The translations under genes were made by a program, and so were the position numbers. From the human T2T-CHM13v2.0 reference genome, Homo sapiens: a DNA stretch of 64,000 nucleotides. Positions 1 to 15,300 of this stretch are shown one piece after another; the first letter of the stretch is position 1; each line of letters begins with the position of its first letter. The notes beneath the pieces were generated by a model that had not been told where the DNA came from, did not search any database, and saw only the letters and a list, made by a program, of their open reading frames with translations. The stretch lies in NCBI RefSeq assembly GCF_009914755.1, contig NC_060936.1. The stretch is one strand, 5' to 3'.

Positions 1-266
1 AAAACAAATAAATATAAATATAGAAGGCCTACATATAGATATCCAACATGATTGTGGAAAAGATGTGGACTCTCATGCATCTGAATATACATCAGCGGGA
101 ATTCAAGGATTGAAATCCTACTAGTAAATACAATTTAGGATATATTCACTTAATGGGGCATAGCAAGTTAGACACTTAAATTCCTGAAAAGACTATGTTC
201 TAGCCATGGAAGAAAAGTTTTCTAAAGAAAAAAAATAGTTATGACTGGCATATCAAAGAGCATGTA

Positions 267-600
<334 letters not shown>

Positions 601-771
601 TGATAGCCTCCCCACTATTTTGTGTTCTCTCATCCATTTACTTAATAAATACTTATTTTCCCTAAGTGAAGCAGAAGCAGTCTTCAGCTAGATAATATAG
701 TGGGCCTTCTGAATCCTCAAGTTCTGCACTCATGAATTCAACCAACCATAGATTGAAAATATTTGGAAAAA

Positions 772-1056
772 TCTCTGGCACAGTGGCTCACAGCTGTAAT
801 TCCCGCACTTTGGGAGGCTGAGGTGGGAGGATCACTTGAGCTCAGGAGTTCAAGACCACCCTGGGCAACATGGCGATACCCCATCTCTACAAAAAATACA
901 AACATTAGGCATGGTAGTTTCAGATACTTGGGAGGCTGAGGTAGGAGGATGGCTTGAGACTGGGAAGCAAAGGTTACAGTGAACAAAGATCACGCCACTG
1001 CACTCTAGCCTGGGCAACAGAGGGAGACCCTGTCTCAAAAACAAAGAAAAGAAAAG
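772..1056 (+). mobile_element. Alu (AluJ-like) inside MER2
   Basis: Dimeric Alu; approximate TSD gaaaatatttggaaaaa (755-771) / gaaaatattctgaaaaa (1057-1073). Confidence 0.92.
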
Positions 1057-1199
1057 GAAAATATTCTGAAAAAACAAAACAAAAAAAAATAATACAACAA
1101 TAAAAATAATACAAAATTTTAAAATACAGTATAAAAACTCTTTACATAGCATTTACATTTTATTAAGTATTGTAAGCAATCTAGAGATGATTTAAATTA

Positions 1200-1534
1200 C
1201 AGTCATGAGCTGCATAATGACATTTCAGTTAATTAGAGGCCACTTGTAAGAAGATTCTTCCCCTAAAATTATAATACCGTAATTTTACAGTTCGTCTTAT
1301 AAATATCATTATGTTTAGATACACAAATACCATTGTGTTACAATTGTCTGCAATATTCAGTACCTTAACATGATGCATAGGTTTGTAGCCTAGGAGCAAT
1401 AGGCCATATACCATATGCCTTAGGTGTGTAGCAGACTCTACCATCTAACTTTGTGTAAACACACTCTATGATGTCTGCACATGATGAAATCGCCTACTGA
1501 CGCATTTCTTAGAACTTTAAGCAATGCATGACTG
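1200..1534. mobile_element. Tigger3a (MER7A/Golem_A) MITE inside MER2
   Basis: TIRs cagtcatg...catgactg, TA TSD (1198-1199, 1535-1536), diagnostic ggtttgtagcctaggagcaataggc. Confidence 0.9.
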
Positions 1535-2218
1535 TATACAAGAGGATGTGCATAGGTTGTATGCACATACTATGCCATTTTATATTAAGGACTGGGGCAT
1601 CTTTGAATTTTGGTATCCTTGGAGGTCAGGGACCCAATTCTCTGAGGATACCCAGGGAGAGCTGTATTCACAATCTGATGTGGTTGAATGTTGTTGGGTC
1701 GAAGAAAACAATTCCCCAAAATATGACACTTTGCCATACTGACTGCTTTGGAAATTGAAAGTCCTGAAAAATTAGCCTCAGAACCACGGTCTCTCTGTGA
1801 CCTTTCTCCTTTCTCCCTGCCTCTCATATCCTCTTTCCCAAAGCACCAAGAGAGACTCTGGAATGTCCTTATCTGACTAAGAGAGCTTAAGTGCAGTTGT
1901 CTTAATACTCCCTTCCAAGAAATCTGGTCAAATAACCAGGAAAGAGCAACCACCAGAGAAGAGCAGAGACTGGAGTTACTATGCTAAGACAGATTTTTCA
2001 TCTATTCTTCTGAGTGCAGCTCCAAGAAATTACCTGGGGGACTCTATCTGTGAAATATGACAATGGTTGTTCTTGCCCAGCTCCACTCCTCACCTTCCCA
2101 TAATGTCTGCCTTCAGCCTCCCTAATCTATCCATTCTCCCTAATGACTTAATACCTATCACAACAATTATGTACATTCCCCATCTCCCCTTGAAAAAGGG
2201 TATATAAGTGTCTGAATC

Positions 2219-3072
2219 TGTGATATTCTGAAATATACATGTGGTTTCCCTCCTGCTTCCTGGCATACAACCCCTAAAATCCTTGGAATCTCCAAAGTTC
2301 TTTCTTTTTGTATGCTAAAGTAGACTGATAGCTTCAGAGTAAGACTGGTCACCTGAAAGCCAAAAGCATGATTAGAGGGTTGGGACTTTCAGCCCTACCT
2401 TCCAACTTCCACCAAGAGGAAAGGGGCTGAAGGTCCACTTGCTCACCAGTGGCCAATGGGTTAATCAATCATGCTTATGTAATGAGGCCGCCATAGAAAC
2501 CCAAAAGGACAGGGTTCAAAGAGCTTCCAGATAGCTGAACATACGGAGTTTCCTGGAGGGTGGTGGGCCCAACGAGGAAATGGAAATTCCATGCGGGTAT
2601 ACCTCACCCGCCTAGAGAGGAGGTCTTCGGAATCCCAACTTGAAGCCAGTAGACCAGAAGTTCCAGAGGCCTGCTTCTTGATGAATAGATAATGAAGAGA
2701 AAAAAAAAAAGGAAGAAAGAAAAAGAAGTTCCAGAGGCCTGCTTCTTGATGCATAGATAATGAAGAGAAAAAAAAAAAAGGAAGAAAGAAAAAGAAGTTC
2801 CAGAGGCCTGAGCTTGCTACTGGTGTTTGGGGTGGTGGGCAGTTTTGGGGTCTGAGCCCTCAACATGTGGGATCTGACATGATCTCCAGGTAGATAGTAC
2901 TGGAATTGAATTGGAGGACACCCTTTTGTGTTCACTGCAGAAGTGATTGGTTGGTTGGTGGTGGAGAGAAATTCCCACATATTTTGGGGTCACAGAAGTC
3001 TTCTGTGTTGATTGTTATTGTGTTGGCTTAAGAGCAGAGAAAAAACATGGTTTCAGAATTTTTTCTGAAACA
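2219..3072. mobile_element. MER21-like solo LTR nested in the MER39-like LTR
   Basis: TG...CA ends (tgtgatattctg...tgaaaca), motif catgattagagggttgggactttcagccc; host LTR resumes at 3073. Confidence 0.8.
2656..2810 (+). repeat. Tandem duplication, 68-69 bp unit, about 2.3 copies
   Basis: agaagttccagaggcctg at 2656, 2724 and 2793, separated by cttcttgatg(a/c)atagataatgaagag-An-ggaagaaagaaaa. Confidence 0.97.
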
Positions 3073-3654
3073 GTACCACACTGGGTATTAGGGCAATTAC
3101 TCTGTGATTTCCTCCCCATGCATATTAATAAGTTTGCATACCTAGTCTCCTGTTCTACCTGTTGCCAAATTTTCAGTGAACCTTCAGAGGGCAAAGTGAA
3201 AGTTTTCCCTTTGGCCCTAAAATATGAAAGCAAAGCATCCTTTTATTAGCATTAAAGCATGCGTTAAAAACATTCCATATTTGCATGGTTTTTATTTAAA
3301 CCTTTCATCAAGCAAAATGTAGAAAATATTATCTTCTGAAAGCCAATTTGAATTTTAACTGTAATGCTGATCATCAAACTCAAAGAATGGTTGCCATGTG
3401 TTTTTTTGTTGTCGTTTGTTTTTAATGTCTGACCCTACTGCTTATTTCACAAGTAGATTTAAAAAATGAAACAGTAGTAAAAGATAAACCATTAGAGTAC
3501 TCAAGGAATGGTTCTTTTCTTGGTTTTCTCCCTTGTAGAAACAAAGCTGTCTGTACACTATTTAGATGATGGGAGATTGTAATAGTTAAGAGAACTTCTA
3601 TCTTTATACTCAAAAAGTTCTATCCTTAGTCCCTTTGAACAGATGATGTTCTTG

Positions 3655-4030
3655 CCTTTTTTTAAGGAGCTTTATTGAGATATATTTTACATATTATAAA
3701 ATCCTCCCATTTCAAGTGTGCAATTCAAGGATTTTTAATTTACTGAGTTATGCACCATTACTATAATCAGTTTCAGAACATTTTCATAACCTCTGATACA
3801 ATTTCACCTTGCCCCCTGCCCCCACCGCCGCCCACCTCCACACCCACCTCGCCCCCAGGAAACTGCTAGTCTATTTTCTGTCTCTATAGATTTGCTTTTT
3901 CTGGTAATTTCATATAAATAAAGTCATATAATAAGTGGTCTCTTGTGTCTGACCTATTTTGCTTAGCACAATGTTTTTGAGATTCATCCATGTTTATCAT
4001 GTATCAATAATTCACTATTTATTTACTTAT
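3655..4030 (-). mobile_element. Old L1 (L1M-type) 3' end fragment
   Basis: gctttattgagata...ttcaagtgtgcaattca...gcttagcacaatgtttttgagattcatccatg. Confidence 0.75.
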
Positions 4031-5249
4031 CTATTTTGCAGTTGTATCTTCCTAGAATTTTCTCCTGAGAAAAATTATCTATCAGGAAAGCTTAATTTTA
4101 TAGTTGCATGGCAGGCTGACCTCGACAGACTTTTGAAGAGTATTTCCACTTCTTTCCATGGCCTTTCCCTTTCAAACATTCTTCTCTCTTATCTAATGCC
4201 TTCAAGATGTCATTTCTTTATGGCTTAACCTAGGCAGTCCCCTCCTAGCCCCTTACCTGATGCAGAATTAATCGTGCTCACTTGTGGTGCCTAGCATATT
4301 TCAAACACCCACACCCCAACATCCAACTGCACAAGGAATAAGTTAACTGAATGAGAGGGAAAGTTTCTTCCTCAAGACACTCACTTCCTAGTATCCTCAG
4401 GAGAGGGAGAGACACACATTTCAGGTTGGAAAGAGAGTAATGAGCGGACTGTGGTTACATCGTCCAAGGACAAATATTCGCCAGATAATTTAGCCAAGAG
4501 GATTTAACTAAACAGTTAAGCTCTTAACGGAAGCTTTATTTAGGCTAATTCTAACAAACACGATCAGCAGACAAGTTCTTTTTAAAGAAAGTTCTCTTTC
4601 ATCTGACTAAAAAGAAGGAACACATTTAAACCAAAACAGGAACTACTCTGGCAATATATGTGTGCAAAAATAAGCACCCTATGGGGCTCTTTTTAAATTA
4701 GCCAGAGTGCACAGAGAAGTCTTTGAAAAGAAAACTCTGGGGGAAAAACATTTTTCTTGATTTCATAAACACTCATTGTTTAATCATCTGAAGAAAAGGC
4801 AAACTTATGATTAAATTCCCCCTCCTCCTAAACTGATGAACTCTTAGTTCACCTCCTCTCCCCAGCCTGATGTACTTAAGGAGGCAGGAGAAGTAACTTG
4901 AAAACCAGCCTACCAGAGAAGCAAGAAGTGGCCTAGGAGGTCCTAGCCTCAAACTGGATGCACACACATAAGGCTGCGCCTTGCAGGTCTGGCACAGAAA
5001 ATAGTGTTGTCAAGCTGCAGCCATAGTATATTAATATGCTATTTACATTTCATAAGCAGTGGATAACTGGCTTCAGTTTATTTTGCTAACTTAAAAAAAA
5101 CCATTAACTTCTAGGACATCACACCTAACCCTTTCCTCTCCCCCATGAGCAAGACAGTCATAGAATTTCAATCAGGACCCTTAGAACCTCTGAGACCAGC
5201 TGTAGCTTCCATCCTTACCAATTGTTCAGATATGGCCAAAGAAGTGCTA

Positions 5250-5621
<372 letters not shown>

Positions 5622-5959
5622 TATGAAGCAAATACTTTACAGATTTAAAAATAAACAAAAAGGCTAATAAGCTGTGTAAATAAGATAGGAAGAAATTTTA
5701 CAAGAAATGTGGGTTTGGAGAGCATTGCTATAAATAAACAATAAATTTATTTTTGAGCTTCCTGATATCAATTAAGAAAAAAGAAATGCAATAAAGCATA
5801 TGGCCTTCTCTTAAAAAAAAAAAAAGAAAAAAGAAACTATCAAAAGAAAAACACATATTAGCATTACACTCGAGTTAGTGGATCACTTCATAATTAGATC
5901 TTGATAGAAGGAACAACTTCACATAATTTTGTAAGACATTCATGCTTCAGGTTGCTCAG

Positions 5960-6269
5960 TTTTTTTTTTTGTTGTTGTTGTTGTTGTTTTTGAGATGGAG
6001 TCTCGCTCTGTCACCCAGGCTGGAGTGCAGTGGTGCAATCTCGGCTCACTGCAACCTCTGCCTCCCAGGTTCAATTCTCCTCTCTCAGCCTCCCAAGTAG
6101 CTGGGAGTACAGGCGCACACTACCATGCCCGGCTAATTTTTGTATTTTTAGTAGAGACAGGGTTTCACTATGTTGGTCAGGCTGGTCTCAAACTCCTGAC
6201 CATAGGTGATCTACCTGCCTCGGCCTCCCAAAGTGCTGGGATTACAGGCGTGAGCCACCGTGCCGGCCC
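5960..6269 (-). mobile_element. Alu (AluS-like)
   Basis: Full dimer with T/(GTT)n tail. Confidence 0.95.
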
Positions 6270-6354
6270 AGGTCACTCACTCTTAATTTGACTCTCCCAA
6301 TAACTACTGAGTACAAGTTTACTGCAAAATGTCTGATGTGTAAGTGTTCTAGTT

Positions 6355-7507
<1,153 letters not shown>

Positions 7508-8349
7508 TCACAACTATTCAATTCTGAAAATTTTTTTACATTTAAATTTTGTCAATGTTTATATATCTAGAGGGTACAAATACAGATTTCTTACATATAG
7601 ATATTGCATAATGGTGAAGTCTAGGCTTCTAGTGTGCCCATCACCTGAGTAGTGAACATTGTACCCAATAGGTAATTTTTCAGCCTTCCTACCTTTTGGA
7701 GTCTCCAATGTCTATTATTCCACTCTCTATGTCCATGTGTACCCATTGTTCAGCTCCTACTGATAAATGAGAACATGTGGTATTTAACTTCCTATTTCTG
7801 AGCAATTTCACTGAGGATAATGACCTCCAATTTCACCCACATTGCTGCAAAAGACATGATTTCATTCTTTTTATGGGTGAGTCATATTCCATATTGTATA
7901 TATGCCACATTTTCTTTATTCGTTCACTGATGGACATGTAGGTTGATTCCATATCTTTGCTGTTGTGAATAGTGCTACAATAAACATATGAGTGAAGGTA
8001 TCTTTTTGATGTAATACTTTCTTTCCTTTTGGCTGCATATTTAGCAGTAGGATTACCAAACCAAATGTTTTACTTTTAGTTATTTGAGAAATCTCCATGC
8101 TGTTTTCCATAAAGGTTACACAAATTTACATTCCCACTAACAGTGTATAAGCATTCCCTTTCCGCCATGTCCTTGCCAACATCTGTTGTTTTTTGACTTT
8201 TCAATAATAGCCATTCTGACTGGTGAAAGATGATACCTCATTGAGGTTTTAATTTGCATTTCTCTGATTAGTGATATTGAGCTTTTTTTAAATATGTTTG
8301 TTGGCCACTTGTTTGTCTTCTTTTGCAAACTGTCTGTTCATGTCTTTTT

Positions 8350-8828
<479 letters not shown>

Positions 8829-8831
8829 CTA

Positions 8832-9129
<298 letters not shown>

Positions 9130-11955
9130 TTTGCCGAGTTTTTAATGGAATTATTTGGTTTTTCCTTGTTGAGCTGTTTGAATACCTTGTAGATTCTGGA
9201 TATTAGCTTTTTGTCAGATCTGTAGTTTGCAAATAATTTTTCCCATTCCAAAGATTGTCTCTTTACTCTGTTGATTATTTCTTTTAAGCTTTTTAGTTTA
9301 ATTGAATCCCATTTGTCTATTTTTGTTTGTTGTATTTGCTTTCAAGGAGTTGGTCATAAATTCTTTGCCTAGGCTAATGTCCAAAAGAGTTTTTCCTATA
9401 TTTTCTTCTAGGATTTTTATAGTTTCAGGTATTATGTTTATGTCTTTAGTCCATCTTAAGTTAATTTTTGTATTTAGTGAGAGGTATGAATCTAGTTTCA
9501 TTCTGAATATGGCTATCCAATTTTCTCAGCACTATGGGGGTCCTTTCTCTGGTGTATATTGTTGCTGACTTCGTTGAAAATCAGTTGTTTGTAGGTATGT
9601 GGCGTTATTTCTGGGTTCTCTATTCTGTTCCATTGATCTATGTGTCTATTTTTATACAAATACCATGCTGTTTTAGTTACTATATAGTCCTTTGGTATAA
9701 TTTAAAGTCAGGTAATGTGATGCCTCCAGCTTCATTCTTTTTTCTTAGGACTGCTTTGGCTATTCAGGCTCTTTTTTGGTTCCATATGAATTTTAGAAGT
9801 TTTTTTTTCTAATTCTCTGAAAAACAATGTTGGTAATTTGATGGGGATTGAATTGAATCTGTAGATTGCCTTGGGCAGTATGGTCACTATAACAATGTTG
9901 ATTGTTCCAATCCATGAGTGTGGGATGTTTTTCCATTTGTTTGTGTCATCTATGATTTCTTTTATCAGTGTTTTATAGTTCCTTTTATAGAGTTTTTCAC
10001 CTCTTTAGTTAAATATATTCCTAGGTGTTTTATTTGTTTTTTATTTTTGTAGCTATTGTAAATAGGATTGCCTTCTTGATTTGGTCCTTGGCTAGATCGT
10101 TATTGGTGTACAGAAACACTACTGATTTCTGTAGGTTAATTTTGTATCCTGAAACTTTACTCAATTCATTTATCAAATCTAATAGTTTTTTGGTGAGGTC
10201 TTTAGGATTTTCTAGATAAAAGATCATATCTTCAGCAAACAGGGGTAATTTGACTTCTTCTTTTCCAATATGGATGCCTTTTGTATTTTTCTCTTGCCTG
10301 ATTACTCTGATAAGGACTTCCAGTACTATATTTAATAAGAATGGTGAAAGTGGTCATCCTAGTTCTGTGCATTTGCATTTGTATTTCTGTGGTATCAACA
10401 ACTCTGCTATTATAGTGTGGAAGCAGCTATAGACAATACAAATTTGGCTGTGTTCCAATAAAGGTTTATTTACAAAAACAGAAGAAAGCAGATTTAGTTC
10501 TTGGGCAATACTTTGTCTATCCCTCATCTAGATCAACAAGCATCAGAGAGATGATCACTATTGTCCTCTAGGTATGGGGATTTAAAAGGTGGGGGGCAAA
10601 AAAACGGATGATCATGATAGAAGATTTTGGAGGCCAGAGAAACCATCTAAGCAAAAACACTTTTAACAGGATAACTTTACTCCCTTAGGGCTTTAGTTTT
10701 GAGCAGTACTGCATTGTGATGGGATTGCCAACATTAATTAAGTACAAAATGCACCTTTTGTGAGCTGAACAAATTGACCCCGTGAACAGAATTATCATCC
10801 ATGTAGATTCTGAAGTGTATAAGCTCCTTAGAGCTTATAAGACACATGGATTTGTGTCTGTTTTGTTCAATGTTTTTTTTTTTGTTGTTGTTGTTGTTGT
10901 TAGTTTCTCTTTTTGCTTTTTTTGTTTTGTTTTGTTTTTACCCCAGCTGGATGCAAGGATACCCAAGTTTTGTGAATAGAATAAGATGTTAATGAGGTGT
11001 ACCTCACAAGATGAATGTTTAATTAATGACCTTTCAGCAATACAGCTCTTGAAAAGTCATATCACTATTGGTAAAACTCCTTTTTATTCCCAGCGTAAAG
11101 ATTTTTTTACCCAAACACATTAAATATACATACTAAGAGAAATTGTCTCAACATTATGATTCCAGGCATGAACACACTCACCAATTCACTCAACAGAGTT
11201 TCTAGTCAAAATATCACAGGAAAAAAAATTAAATGGAATCCGCTATTTGGATAATCCCAAACATGTTTGTTTTGCTTGTGAACACCAAGCAAGAAATGAA
11301 GATATAGCATCGTCATCTCTTATAACCCTTTGGTCTGTGTGTGCATGTACTATTTCCATGCGGTGTATGTACATTGTTTGTGCTTTGCATTTTTGTGCCT
11401 GAAAAATGATGTTTAAAGCTTATTTTAAGCAAAACTGACCTCAGTAATAATAAGATTCTTCAAAAGATTAAAAAATACATAAGAAAAATAGTGCAAAAAG
11501 AAGGAGATTTCCAAATCGAGATTCTCTCACTTCTTCCCTGCACATCCATCACCCACTATCAAGTCATCTCTTTCTCCTTTGCTGAGTACAAAAATTATTC
11601 ATTGGATTACTATGCTTGATTACTTTCAAATTCTTTATTATTACTTACACAGATGTGCTTTTATTATATACATATGTGTATGGAGACATACTAAATATGT
11701 ATATAATTTTTGAAAATTGTTTGGATGTCTTAGGTTAAGATGTACTACATAAAAACTTTCTCATTAAAATGAATGAAGTTTGTTTTGTTTTGTTTAAAGA
11801 GGTCACTTAAAAGCAGGGCTTTAAGAAATTAACGTTATTCATCAAGGTATAGGTCAATCAATTTCCGTTGCAATCCAATGTATTTTAATTAGTACAACAT
11901 AAAAATATTGTTCAGAGAAAAAGTTTATACTCTTCACACTGCTAAAAAGCTCTAT

Positions 11956-11956
<1 letters not shown>

Positions 11957-11991
<35 letters not shown>
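11957..11991. repeat. (AC)17 microsatellite
   Basis: Perfect AC run. Confidence 0.99.
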
Positions 11992-11992
<1 letters not shown>

Positions 11993-13414
11993 CCCCTAGG
12001 CCTGGATCCTAGAACAGTATCTAACATGCAATAGGGACTCAATAAATATTTCTTGAATACCAAATGACTTTTAACCCATAGTAACAATATTGGTTTTGCT
12101 AAAAAGATGCTAAGCTATTTAGACAAAAATTGTTTAAAAAGTGTCATGATGATGCCTACAGCATAAAAATCTTCTCTTTTAGATAAGGAACAGCATTGAA
12201 CTTGTTGTTTTTTATGGCAGAAAAGCATAAGAAACACTAAAATCTGCATCATGTTAGTGTAAATGCTTCAAAGGAGAATTAAAGACAAAGAATGATTTCA
12301 ATCACATTTAAGATTATAATTTGCTCAAAGAAGTACATAACTACCCAGCACTGTGACTATTTTGTTCACCAGTACATTCACAGCACTTAATATAGTACTT
12401 GGTAAATAGTGGCATCAATACATATTTGAGGAATGAATGAACTCAGAAATTCTGTGGCAGTAAAAGCTCTGATGGAAGATTAAGAATCTTGAATCAATAT
12501 CAAAATCATATGGCCTGGCTAAGTGGTACCTGTCTATGGAATCAAAGATTGATGAGAGATCCATAAATATTGCAGAAGGAGTCTTGGGTTATTTTTAGCT
12601 GCATTTCCCATCCCCTATAGATTTAAAAGTACCAAAAAGGTCAGTAGTAGAATAGTGCTGTTCCAAATGTTCCTTCTTTTACAGGCAGAATATTAAATGG
12701 AGAAGCCAGACTTTCAACACATAGAAAAGAAAGCTAGTTCAGAATGTTGAGAGACTTGGGAGCTGATTGATTGAAGGTGGCACTTAGAAGGTTGCCCTTT
12801 TTAAAGATAAAGGCTGATACTGTGACTCTGTCCCAGGGGACCTGAGTAAAGAACTCCTCAGAGATGTGGGACCACTATTCAGAACAAGATTTGGAGAGCT
12901 GGGGCAGAGAAGATTTTACCTTGGGGATTTCTTCAGCTGCGAGTAGTAAATTGGTTATGCCTTAATGAATGAAGTTTGTCAAATTTTAAGATAGGATGTT
13001 ATTACGCCTTTTAAAAGAATGAGGTAGAGTATAACATCTGATTTGGAGTTCTTTCCAGCATTTTAAGGTCTTTAAAGAAAACAAATTGGAGAAAAATAAA
13101 TAAATATAGATCATGCTGTACATATAGTATTTATCTGTGTATGTGTGTATATATATACAAACACACACACAAGTATCAAAGGATTATATATGCATAGAAA
13201 AAAGTTTAAGGCAACACATCAAGGGGGTACTCCTCTGAGGGGTATGTTTAGAGAGGTAGTTATTTACTTTTTATAATCCTGGGTACTGGCTTTCTAGATG
13301 AAAGAAAGTTAGATTGCTACATTGTATATAAAACAAATTCTATTTGAATTACATTACTAGAATAAAAACCAATAAAAGAAAAATCAGGAAATGTGTAAAT
13401 TTACAAGTGTGACT

Positions 13415-13785
13415 TTCTTGGTCTGTTTGTGATGCTGTAACAGATACCATAAACTGGGTAACCCATAAACAACAAACACTTATTTCTCACAGTTCTGGAG
13501 ACTGGGAAGTCCAAGATCAAAGCACCAGAAGATCTGGTGTCTGTGAAAGCCTGATTTCTGATTCACAGAGGGCCATCTTCTTGCTATAGCCTCACATAAT
13601 GGAAGGGGCAAGGAAGCTCTCTGGGATCTCTTTTACAAGGGCATTAATTCTATTCATGAAGTCTTCACTCTCATGACTTAATCACCTCCCAAAGGCCCCA
13701 CCTAAAAATAGCAACACATTGGGGATTAGAGTTTCAAGATGTGAATTTGAATTTGGTGGGGAATACAAACATTCAGTCTATAGCA
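13415..13785 (-). mobile_element. MLT1A-type MaLR solo LTR
   Basis: tttctcacagttctggagactgggaagtccaagatcaa...cacctcccaaaggccccacct...aacattcagtctatagca. Confidence 0.85.
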
Positions 13786-13933
13786 GTGAGGATGGGTGGA
13801 AAAACTTTCTAAGTAATTCAGGAAGACAAGAATTCATAAAGGAAAAGATTAAAACATCTGTGAAAAACAAAGCAAAACTAGACGTTTGTGTATGATAAAA
13901 AGCATCATTAAAAAAACAAGATAGAAATGCTAG

Positions 13934-14506
13934 GGCAGGAACCACCATCATCCGGTAATTTGCCAAAATGATGAACACAACGGGAAAGATGAGAGGCACC
14001 CCATATGTGATTTTTAGGCCTTTTAGAAAACATGAAGTTGTTCCTTTGGCCATGTACATGCAAATCTGTAAGAAAGGTGATATCATAGACATCAAAGGAG
14101 TGGGTACTGTTCAAAAAGGAATGCCCCACAAGTGTTACCATGGGAAAGCTGAAAGAGTCTACCTTGTTCCCCAGCATGCTGCTGGCATTGTTGTAAACAA
14201 ACAACTTAAGGGCAAGATTCCTGCCAAGAGAATTAATGTGGGTATTGAGCACATTTAGCATTCTAAGAGCTGAGATTGTTTCCTAATGCTTGAAGGAAAA
14301 TGATCAGAAAAAGAAAGAAGCCAAAGAGAATGGTACCTGGGTTCAACTGAAGCGCCAGCCTCCTCCACCCAGAAAAGCAGACTTTGTGAGAACCAATGGG
14401 AAAAAGCCTGAGCTGCTAGACCCTCTTCCTTATGAATTCATGGCATAGTAGGTGTTTAAAAAAAAAAATCCAAGACCTCTGGACTGTAAAAAAAAAAAAA
14501 AAAAAA
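13934..14506 (+). pseudogene. RPL21: RPL21 (60S ribosomal protein eL21) processed pseudogene
   Basis: Intronless copy with 5' UTR; ATG 13968; peptide [28 protein letters not shown]...[11 protein letters not shown]; premature TAG 14256-14258, second stop and frameshift near 14271-14290; stop at the native position 14446-14448; poly(A) 14488-14506. Confidence 0.98.
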
Positions 14507-14519
14507 GAGCTAGGCTAGG

Positions 14520-15300
14520 CAGAAAAAGGAACATTGGTGACACATGTGAGAAACAAGGAATTAATAGTAATATTAAATATATAGTAAATAAAAATTAAGG
14601 TATAATAATATCTTCACATAAAGAACTACAAATTGAAAATGATAATTAAACAAAAGAAAAATAGGCAAAATATAAGAATAGGCAATTTATTAGAGAAAAA
14701 AGTGGACAATAAATATAGTAAACATGCAATCTTAGTAGTAGTCAGGAAAATGCAAAACAATACAATATGCCAGTTATTATCAGATTGATGGATAGTAAAA
14801 GATTAATGTCTGGTGCTAATATAGTTATAGGGAAATGGAAACATCATACTTTGTTTATGAAATAATAATTAGCTATAATCTTCTTGGAAAGTATTTGGTA
14901 GAATTTATCAATCAAAAATATGCTATGCTTTGACATCCCACTTTTGATAATTTCTTTAATATAAATTTTATAGAAAAAGTCAGTTTTTATAGAAAAACTC
15001 AATATATAAAAACATATAGAGAAACACATACGTTCCCATACACATGTGTTAAGGGTATATGTTTATTGCAGCATTTAAAAATAATGGCCCCAAACTGGAA
15101 ATAACCGAATGTCTATCAATAAGAGAATGATTTTGTGAATGATGAATCATTCATACTATAGTAATTTCATATAGCTAATAAAAATTATTATATCTGTGTA
15201 CATTGACCAAGTCTTAGAAGAATAAATATGATACATTTAAGTTAAAAAAGCAAGTTGCAGAGATATGAATATGATTTCTAAAATACTGTAATAAAAAGAA
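14520..15300 (+). mobile_element. Highly degraded L1 (L1ME-like)
   Basis: A-rich; gaaaaataggcaaaa...tcaggaaaatgcaaaac...caaactggaaataaccgaatgtctatcaataagagaatg. Confidence 0.6.

Larger units (their letters stand above)
698..1664. mobile_element. MER2/MER2B (Tigger-family MITE), split by an Alu and a Tigger3a
   Basis: Start tagtgggccttctgaatcc...ttcaaccaaccatagattgaaaatattt; core tttacatagcatttacat...ctagagatgatttaaa; end ggatacccagggagagctg; TA at 696-697 and 1665-1666. Confidence 0.85.
1692..3221 (+). mobile_element. MER39-like solo LTR, interrupted by a MER21-like LTR
   Basis: Start tgttgggtcgaagaaaacaattccccaaaatatg; end cagtgaaccttcagagggcaaag...ttggcccta; collinear with the copy at 25325-26169. 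Confidence 0.75.

Noticed and set aside
2656-2810. CRISPR-like repeat-spacer pattern
   Set aside because: The 'spacers' are near-identical and A-tailed, the DNA is primate, and there are no cas genes; it is a tandem duplication
13968-14258. Functional RPL21 gene
   Set aside because: No introns, premature stops, a frameshift and a genomic poly(A)
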